Below are positions 18,712 through 24,653 of a stretch of DNA of 32,000 nt, in pieces (the first letter of the stretch is position 1; every line of letters begins with the position of its first letter). A program made the position numbers and the translations under genes. The stretch lies in contig NC_009664.2 of NCBI RefSeq assembly GCF_000017305.1, positions 2,310,001 through 2,342,000 of the forward strand, in the 5' to 3' direction. The notes under the pieces were generated by a model that did no database searches, was not told the DNA's origin, and saw only the letters and a list, made by a program, of their open reading frames with translations. The DNA is from Kineococcus radiotolerans SRS30216 = ATCC BAA-149 (GTDB lineage: Bacteria > Actinomycetota > Actinomycetes > Actinomycetales > Kineococcaceae).

Positions 18712-19494
18712 TCAGGAGCCGGCGGGGAGGGGGACGTCCACCCGGCTGTACGCGGCGTCGCCGGGGACGCAGTCCAGGGCCACGACGACGACCTCGGCCC
18801 CGTCCCCGCTGCGGTGCACGACGAGCGCGGCGGGGACGGTGCGCCAGCTGGCGATCTCCACCGCGAGCACCGAGACCGGGTCCACCCCGAGGCTCTTCGT
18901 GCAGGCCAGGGCCCGCTCGGCGACCGGGCGCTGGGCCGGGTCGCTCGTGGCGGACGCCTCCCCCGAGGGGGCCTTGAGCAGGGTCCGGCCGGGGGCGGTC
19001 GCGTCGGTGCCGCTGGTGGCGTCCGGGGCCCTCCCACCGCCACCCGTGGCCTCCGCGGCCTCCTCCTCCAGGGTCTCCTCGGCGAGGTCCTCCACCGCCG
19101 CGGCGTCGGTGTAGTCCCGGCCGCTGACCAGCACCCTCGCCTCCGGCGGGGCCGCCACGTCCACGGCGGCGGAGTCCGCGGCGCTGGAGCCGCTGGCGCT
19201 GTCGGAGGAGGGTTCGTGCTGCACGGCGAGGACGGCCCCGCCGCCGATGACCAGGATCCCCGCGGCGGCGGTGAGCAGCCGCGGCAGGCGCGGGCGGCGG
19301 CGACGGGCGGCCAGCGACGCGACGGGGGTGTCCGCGCGGGCCGCGGCGAGGGCGGCGTCGAGGCGGGCCACGACGTCGTCGGGGACCGGTCCGACGTCGG
19401 CGGCGGCGCGCAGCAGGGCGCGGACGCGCTGCTCCTCGGGGCTCAGCGGCTCCTCGGCCCCGTCCCCGGCGTTCCCGCCGAACGTCTCGCTCAC
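18712..19494 (-). CDS. Single-pass membrane anti-sigma factor candidate (RsmA/RstA position)
   Basis: 260 aa. It has a short cytoplasmic N-domain, RRRRPRLPRLL followed by the TM segment TAAAGILVIGGGAVLAV, and an extracytoplasmic C-domain. GTG 19494 has GGGAGGAGG 6 nt upstream. It lies immediately downstream of the ECF sigma and upstream of trxB, as in M. tuberculosis and Streptomyces. No ZAS HxxxCxxC motif was seen. Confidence 0.65.
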   Translation of the reverse strand: MSETFGGNAGDGAEEPLSPEEQRVRALLRAAADVGPVPDDVVARLDAALAAARADTPVASLAARRRRPRLPRLLTAAAGILVIGGGAVLAVQHEPSSDSASGSSAADSAAVDVAAPPEARVLVSGRDYTDAAAVEDLAEETLEEEAAEATGGGGRAPDATSGTDATAPGRTLLKAPSGEASATSDPAQRPVAERALACTKSLGVDPVSVLAVEIASWRTVPAALVVHRSGDGAEVVVVALDCVPGDAAYSRVDVPLPAGS

Positions 19495-19868
19495 CGCGGA
19501 CCTCCTCCCGTCTCCCGTGCTCGGCCGGTTCGCGCCCGACCCGTTCGCGCCCGACCCGTTCGCGCCCGACCCGTTCGCGCCCGACCCGTTCGCGCCCGAC
19601 CCGTTCGCGCCCGACCCGTTCGCGCCCGACCCGTTCGCGCCCGACCCGTTCGCGCCCGACCCGTTCGCGCCCGACCCGTTCGCGCCCGACCCGTTCGCGC
19701 CCGACCCGTTCGCGCCCGACCCGTTCGCGCCCGACCCGTTCGCGCCCGACCCGTTCGCGCCCGACCCGTTCGCGCCCGACCCGTTCGCGCCCGACCCGTT
19801 CGCGCCCGACCCGTTCGCGCCCGACCCGTTCGCGCCCGACCCGCAGTACGACGTGGTGCGGCGTTCAA
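19491..19868 (-). CDS. Hypothetical repeat-encoded Arg-rich peptide, LNAAPRRTA-(GRART)x21-GRAR-ETGGGPR, 125 codons (speculative)
   Basis: TTG 19868-19866 overlaps the sigma stop TGA 19867-19865 (TTGA). The stop TGA 19493-19491 overlaps the anti-sigma GTG 19494-19492 (GTGA). The diverged copy ACC GGC CGA GCA CGG differs from the unit ACG GGT CGG GCG CGA only at wobble positions and still encodes TGRAR. Caveats: the TTG start is rare, and all six frames are open across the repeat. Confidence 0.3.
   Translation of the reverse strand: MNAAPRRTAGRARTGRARTGRARTGRARTGRARTGRARTGRARTGRARTGRARTGRARTGRARTGRARTGRARTGRARTGRARTGRARTGRARTGRARTGRARTGRARTGRARTGRARETGGGPR
19528..19842. repeat. Perfect tandem repeat: 21 copies of a 15-bp unit (plus GTTCGCGCCCGACCC / minus GGGTCGGGCGCGAAC)
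   Basis: Read directly. Four consecutive 60-nt sequence lines are identical, and unit starts fall at 19528+15k for k=0..20. A diverged extra copy lies at 19515-19529. The repeat fills most of the 370-nt gap between the sigma stop (19865) and the anti-sigma start (19494). Confidence 0.97.
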
Positions 19869-20467
19869 CGGTTCCCCGGCCCGCCGAGGAGCTCCGCCAG
19901 CGCCGCCCGCCCGCGCGAGCAGCGGGACTTCACCGTGCCCACTGCGACGTCGAGGATCGCGGCGGCCTCGGCGACCGGCACGTCGTACATGTCGACGAGC
20001 ACCAGCGCCGCCCGCTGCGCCTCCGGCAGCCGCGCCAGGGCGCTGGTCACGTCGAGGGCCGTCTCCACGTGCGGGGTGGCGTCCTCGGCGACGGCCAGGG
20101 CGGCCCCGGTGCGGGCGCTCTCCTCCCCGCCGGGACCGACCTCCTCCTCCAGGGGGCGCGTGGGGCGCACCGCCCGGCGCCGGGCCCGGTCCAGGCAGGC
20201 GTTGACGACGATGCGGTGCAGCCACGTCGTGACCGCGGACTCGCCGCGGAAGCGGCCGGCGGCCCGCAGCGCCGAGACGAGGGCGTCCTGGAGGGCGTCG
20301 GCGGCCTCCTCCCGGTCGCCCGTGGTGCGCAGCGCCACCGCCCACAGCCGGTCGCGGTGGCGGCGCACGACCTCCCCGAACGCCTCCGGGTCCCCCGCCA
20401 CGTGCGCGGCGAGGAGCTCCGCGTCGCTGCGCGGGTCCACCGGCGCGCCGGGGCCCGCCGGGGTCAC
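19865..20467 (-). CDS. ECF-type RNA polymerase sigma-70 family factor (SigM/SigT-like by synteny)
   Basis: 200 aa. Region 2: DALQDALVSALRAAGRFRGESAVTTWLHRIVVNACLD. Region 4 HTH: LPEAQRAALVLVDMYDVPVAEAAAILDVAVGTVKSRCSRGRAAL. GTG 20467 overlaps the pseudokinase stop (GTGA). It is only the tail of track ORF 19865..22666. Confidence 0.88.
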   Translation of the reverse strand: MTPAGPGAPVDPRSDAELLAAHVAGDPEAFGEVVRRHRDRLWAVALRTTGDREEAADALQDALVSALRAAGRFRGESAVTTWLHRIVVNACLDRARRRAVRPTRPLEEEVGPGGEESARTGAALAVAEDATPHVETALDVTSALARLPEAQRAALVLVDMYDVPVAEAAAILDVAVGTVKSRCSRGRAALAELLGGPGNR

Positions 20468-22065
20468 GGGGCCTGCGGGGTCGGCGGGGTCGGTGCCTGC
20501 GGGGCCGCGACGGTCCCCGTGACGGCGACCTCCGCGACGCTCGCGCGGAACACGCCGTCCGTGGTCGGCAGCTGCGTGAACCACAGGACCAGGTAGCGGC
20601 TGCGGACCGGCTGCGGCGGCGTCAGCGCCTGCACGCCCCCGGCGGCCGCGGTCGCGACGGGCACCGACCCCTCCAGCGCGGGACCGGGGGCGGTGAGCAG
20701 CGACACCGACCCGCCCTCCCCGCCGGCGGTCAGCTGCACGCCGGTGACGTCGGCCTCCGCCCCGAGGTCGAGGAGGAGCCCCATGCCGTCCTTGAGCCCG
20801 CCGAAGGCCGCCGAGTTGTACCGCTGGCTCTCCCACGCCGTGGCCGGGTCGCCGTCGACCGCCCGCGGCGCCGTCTCGGAGGACTCCCCGCCCCCCTGCG
20901 GGTCCAGCGCGGAGACCACCGCGACGGGCAGCACGGCGGGTGCGGGGGGCGGGGTGCTCGGGGTGGCGGTGGGCGCCGGGGCGCTGCTCGGGGCCGGAGC
21001 GGGGGTCGTCGCCGCGGGCGCGCTCGCGGCCGCGGTGCCGGGGATGGCGGGCACGCTGATCCGGCTGAGCTGCCACAGCGCGAGCACCAGCCCCACCACG
21101 ACGACCGCCCCGACGATGGCGAGCACGAAGCGGGAGTCGTCGCGCGGGGGACGGGCCGTGGGGTGCGGGCGGGTGAACGGGACGGGCGGCTCGGCCTCCG
21201 GCACCACCTCGTCGCGGTTCTTCAGCCGGCCCCGGAACTCCCGCGTCGCGGCCTCGCCACGCATCCGGCGCAGGGTCTCCTCCCAGGGCGCCATCGTCCA
21301 CGGCGCCAGCTGCAGGGCCAGCTCCGCCGGATCGCGCGGACCGTCCTCGTGGGGCCCGAACGTCACGCTGCACAGGGTGTCCAGGTCGTTCGGCACGTCG
21401 GGACGGATGTCCTTGGGCGGCAACGGTTTCCCGTCCGCCGTGGGGGACTGCGGCAGACCGTCGTGCGGGGCTGTCCCCTCCAGCGCGGGCCAGCGGGCCA
21501 CGAGCCCGGCGTAGACGAGCGCGACGAGCCCCACGGCGTCGGCGCGGTTGGCGAGCGCCGCGGCCCGGGCCGGCGACACCGCCGGCGGGTCGACCTCCAG
21601 GGCCGCCTCGACGCCCACGCCCCGGACCCGGACGACCCCGTCGGGACCGAGAACCACGTCGTCGGGGGTCAGCCGGGTGTGGTGCAGCCCGCGCCGGGCG
21701 GCGACGTCCAGGGCGCTGGCGACCTCGCCGACCAGCGCCCGCACGGCGGCCGGCTTCAGCGGGCCGGTGCTCAGCAGCTCGCCGAGGGACCGGCCCTCGA
21801 CGTGCTCCTCGACGACGAACACCGTGGGCGTCCCGCCGGGCTGGGCCGCGTCGGTGCCGGCGTCGAGGATGCGCGGGACGCGGGGATCGGTGAGCATGGC
21901 CGCGCGGCGGGCGGCGTCGAGGAACTCCTCGGCGCGGGGGTCGGCGGCGGGCAGGGTGCGGACCCGGACCGGCCGGTCCAGCGTGAGGTCGCGGCCGCGG
22001 AACTCGCGGGTGCCCGACCCCGCGGCCACCGGCAGCTCCCGGTCCAGGGCGTAGCGGTCGGCCAC
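20464..22065 (-). CDS. Pseudokinase (degenerate Ser/Thr kinase fold) - TM - extracellular carbohydrate-binding-like domain; equivalent to the C-terminal half of M. tuberculosis MviN/Rv3910
   Basis: 533 aa with kinase-like spacing but dead motifs: no GxGxxG (AAGSGTREFRG), VRVRTL instead of VAxK, HHTRLTPDDV instead of HRDxKxxN, and VRGVG instead of DFG. The TM segment is FVLAIVGAVVVVGLVLALW, followed by a Pro/Ala/Thr linker and a C-domain with DGDPATAWES (discoidin/CBM-like). Confidence 0.8.
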   Translation of the reverse strand: MADRYALDRELPVAAGSGTREFRGRDLTLDRPVRVRTLPAADPRAEEFLDAARRAAMLTDPRVPRILDAGTDAAQPGGTPTVFVVEEHVEGRSLGELLSTGPLKPAAVRALVGEVASALDVAARRGLHHTRLTPDDVVLGPDGVVRVRGVGVEAALEVDPPAVSPARAAALANRADAVGLVALVYAGLVARWPALEGTAPHDGLPQSPTADGKPLPPKDIRPDVPNDLDTLCSVTFGPHEDGPRDPAELALQLAPWTMAPWEETLRRMRGEAATREFRGRLKNRDEVVPEAEPPVPFTRPHPTARPPRDDSRFVLAIVGAVVVVGLVLALWQLSRISVPAIPGTAAASAPAATTPAPAPSSAPAPTATPSTPPPAPAVLPVAVVSALDPQGGGESSETAPRAVDGDPATAWESQRYNSAAFGGLKDGMGLLLDLGAEADVTGVQLTAGGEGGSVSLLTAPGPALEGSVPVATAAAGGVQALTPPQPVRSRYLVLWFTQLPTTDGVFRASVAEVAVTGTVAAPQAPTPPTPQAP

Positions 22066-22250
22066 GAGCCCCTCGCCCGTGCTGCGGCCTGCCCCGTCCA
22101 GAACTACCCCCCGTGAACCCGCGCGGAACCGTGGGACCGCGTGCGCGACCCCCGGCCCATGCTAGGGCGCGGACGGGGCGGCACGCTCCGGGCGCGCAGG
22201 GGGCGGCCCCGCCGGGACCCGGCGCGGCGTCCCCCCGCGGGGGAGCGGGT

Positions 22251-23270
22251 TCACAGGAGCTGCTGCAGGTCCTCCGCCCAGGCCTCGGCGGCGAAGACCT
22301 CCGACCCGGGGTCCTCGCCCGTGCTCGGCCGCGGTTCGAACCACACCGTCTTGCCGACCCCGCCCGAGGCGAGCGGGTCGACGCCCCACGCGGAGGAGAC
22401 GGCCTCGACCAGGCGCAGGCCGCGTCCGGTGGTGGCGCCCAGCCCGAGGTGGCGCTGCTGGGCGGGCAGGGGGGAGGAGTCGCTGACCTCGATGCGCACG
22501 GTGCCCGTCGGCATCGAGCGCACGGTGATGGTGAAGGCGGTGCGCGCGTGCAGCAGCGCGTTGGTGACCAGCTCGGAGACCCCCAGCTCGGCGGACTCCT
22601 CCACCTCCGGCACGTGCAGCTCCGCCACGGCCCGGCGGACGTGGCGCCGCGCCGCCGAGACCGCACCGGCCATCGGGTCCAGCACCAGCGCGGGCCCCAC
22701 CAGCCGTCCCGGCGGCTCCCCGGGTGCCGCGCCGGCGGCCACCGCCTGCTCCCCGGGCGGCGGGGGCGGGACCGGCGGCGGGGGCGGCGGTGCCGAGGCG
22801 TCGGCGGGGCGCCAGGGACGCGGCTCCTCCCCCGCGAGCTGGCGCGCGAACTCCCCGAAGACCCAGCGCCGGTAGGCCACGACCTCGGGGGGAGCGGGCA
22901 GGGTGAGCAGGTGCTGCTCGGCGCGGCAGAAGTCGTCGGCCTCCTCCAGCACGTCCCCGACCTGCCGCAGCAGGGGAGCCACCTCCGCGGGCACCGTGTA
23001 CGCGACGTCGCAGGAGGCCCGCCCGGCGGCCGCGGCGGCGTCCAGGGCGGCGGCGGGCTGGGCCTGGAAGGGGGCGTAGACGCGGGCCAGCTCGTCCGCC
23101 AGCGAGAGGAGGCGCTGCGGCAGGGTGCTCGCCGGGCCCCGCTCCCGCCCGATCTGGATCAGGGCCAGCTCCCGCAGCAGGTCCTCGTGGTAGCGCAGGA
23201 ACCGGCCCCGCAACGCCAACGGCAGCCCGAGCAGGCGCACCGTCACCAGCTCCGCCGTTTGATCGACCAC
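22251..23270 (-). CDS. GHKL (HATPase_c, RsbW/SpoIIAB-type) ATP-binding protein with an uncharacterised N-terminal helical domain and a poly-Pro linker
   Basis: C-terminal N-box ELGVSELVTNALLHA, VSDSSP, GRGLRLVEAVSSAWGV and GKTVWFE. Start is set at GTG 23270 because GC3 rises sharply after it; the track start 23348 is less likely. Confidence 0.75.
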   Translation of the reverse strand: MVDQTAELVTVRLLGLPLALRGRFLRYHEDLLRELALIQIGRERGPASTLPQRLLSLADELARVYAPFQAQPAAALDAAAAAGRASCDVAYTVPAEVAPLLRQVGDVLEEADDFCRAEQHLLTLPAPPEVVAYRRWVFGEFARQLAGEEPRPWRPADASAPPPPPPVPPPPPGEQAVAAGAAPGEPPGRLVGPALVLDPMAGAVSAARRHVRRAVAELHVPEVEESAELGVSELVTNALLHARTAFTITVRSMPTGTVRIEVSDSSPLPAQQRHLGLGATTGRGLRLVEAVSSAWGVDPLASGGVGKTVWFEPRPSTGEDPGSEVFAAEAWAEDLQQLL

Positions 23271-23384
23271 CCGCCGAGCCTCGCACAACCCGCGCGGAAG
23301 CCCCCTGTCGTGTCGCGCGGGACCCCTCCGGGGAGCGCGGACGGGCACCCGCGGCGCACCCCTGGGCGCGGTCGCCCCGCGTCC

Positions 23385-24602
23385 TCAGCCCGCGGTGGGC
23401 CGCACCGCGCCGTACAGCCCGGGCATCGCGACCCCGGCCACGCGCACGACGTCCCCGGTGTGCGGGGCGTGCAGCACCTCGCCCCCACCGAGGTACAGCG
23501 CGACGTGGTGGATGCTCGACGGGTCGCTCCCGGAGGCGTAGAACACCAGGTCACCGGGCTGGAGCCGGTCCAGCGGCACCTTCGGCAGCCCGGCGTACTG
23601 CTGGCGGGAGGTCCGGGGGATCGCGGTCCCGGCCTGGCGGTAGGCCCACTGCGTGAGGCCGGAGCAGTCGAAGGTCGTCGGGCCGGTCGCGCCCCAGACG
23701 TAGCTCATGCCCTCGCGGGTGCGGGCCGCGGCGATGGCCGCCGCGGCGGTGCCGGCCGCGGCGTCCGCAGCCGACTGGGCGTCCGCGACCCCCGTGGACC
23801 CGGCCGTCGAGGCGGCGGCGGTGCTCGCGGCGGTGCTCGCGGTGGACGGGCGCGTGGGAGCGGTCGTCGACGCGGCCCGGGCCGCCGCGTCCCGGACCCC
23901 GGCGGCGGCGGCCTCCCGCGCCGCGTCGGCGAGCGCCGCCCGCCGGGCCCGCTCCTCCTCCTCCGCGACGGCCCGCGCGAGCGCGGTGCCTGCCGCGCCC
24001 AGCAGCGACTCCTGCTCCGCCAGCGCCGCGGTCACCCGCTCGCGGGCCGTCGCCGCCGCGGCCTGCGCCGCGGTCCTGTCCGCCCGGACCCGCTGCAGGT
24101 GCTCCTCCGCGGCCGCGGCCCCGGCGCGCGCGCCGGTGGCGGCGGCGACCGCCGCGGTGTCGTCGGCGACGACCTCGCGGGCCACGCGCGTGGCCCGGGC
24201 GGCGTCGTCGAGGCTGCTCAGGTCCCCCGTGCCGAGGGCCCGGCCCAGCCCGCCGGCCAGGGCCCCGCCGCTCATGTAGAGGGCGCGGACCCGGCGGGTC
24301 GCGTCGGCCGTGGCCGTGCCGCTGCGCCCGGTGGCGGCGTCGAGGGCGGTGCGGGCCCGGACCTCCTCGGTGACCGCCGCCGCGGTCTCCTCGACGGCGG
24401 TGCCGTAGGCCTCGGTGGCGATCGACTGCTGCAGGCGCAGGGCCTCGACCCGGGCGCGCAGCGCGTCGACCCGGCTCTCCAGGGAGCGGCTGCTCGGCGC
24501 GGGCGCGGCCGCCGGCCCGGGATCGGCGTGCGCGGCCCCGGCGGGGGCGAGCAGGGCCAGCGCCAGGGCACCCGCCGACACGACCCGCCCGAACCTCGTC
24601 AC
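23385..24602 (-). CDS. Secreted NlpC/P60 (C40) peptidoglycan endopeptidase with a long Ala-rich coiled-coil N-domain (RipA-like architecture)
   Basis: Signal peptide MTRFGRVVSAGALALALLAPAGAAHA. The central region is Ala/Glu/Arg-rich. The C-terminal catalytic domain is YVWGATGPTTFDCSGLTQWAY...HHVALYLGGGEVLHAP. Confidence 0.85.
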   Translation of the reverse strand: MTRFGRVVSAGALALALLAPAGAAHADPGPAAAPAPSSRSLESRVDALRARVEALRLQQSIATEAYGTAVEETAAAVTEEVRARTALDAATGRSGTATADATRRVRALYMSGGALAGGLGRALGTGDLSSLDDAARATRVAREVVADDTAAVAAATGARAGAAAAEEHLQRVRADRTAAQAAAATARERVTAALAEQESLLGAAGTALARAVAEEEERARRAALADAAREAAAAGVRDAAARAASTTAPTRPSTASTAASTAAASTAGSTGVADAQSAADAAAGTAAAAIAAARTREGMSYVWGATGPTTFDCSGLTQWAYRQAGTAIPRTSRQQYAGLPKVPLDRLQPGDLVFYASGSDPSSIHHVALYLGGGEVLHAPHTGDVVRVAGVAMPGLYGAVRPTAG

Positions 24603-24653
24603 GGGTGGTTGCTCGTCACCGCGTGTGAAGACCTTGACCGGACCGGGGGCGCG

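Noticed and set aside
19528-19842. Tandem repeat as a CRISPR array
   Set aside because: The units are contiguous with a 15-bp period and no spacers. No cas genes or leader are present.
19495-19929. Repeat as an N-terminal (GSGAN)n extension of the anti-sigma factor
   Set aside because: In the anti-sigma frame the region is open back to a TGA at 19932-19930. It contains no ATG, GTG, TTG or CTG before GTG 19494. The flanking diverged copy is non-synonymous in this frame.
18376-20596. Plus-strand ORFs reading the repeat as (RARPV)n (18376..20205) or (FAPDP)n (19247..20596)
   Set aside because: Both are antisense to trxB, the anti-sigma and the sigma genes over most of their length. RARPV shares wobble positions with the favoured minus frame, so it cannot be excluded locally, but it has no plausible start or operon context.
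20468-22666. Upstream part of the 933-aa minus ORF that ends as the ECF sigma; likewise 17527..18663 upstream of trxA
   Set aside because: These parts overlap the pseudokinase and trxB in other frames with Arg-rich junk. The real sigma and thioredoxin begin at internal GTGs (20467, 17526), marked by a stop overlap at 20467 and a GGAGG SD at 17526.
22113-24653. Upstream 847 codons of the 1417-aa plus-strand ORF that ends as MurJ
   Set aside because: This part is antisense to the GHKL ATPase and NlpC/P60 genes and is Gly/Arg/Pro-rich. Only the last 570 codons (from ATG 24654) look like MurJ.
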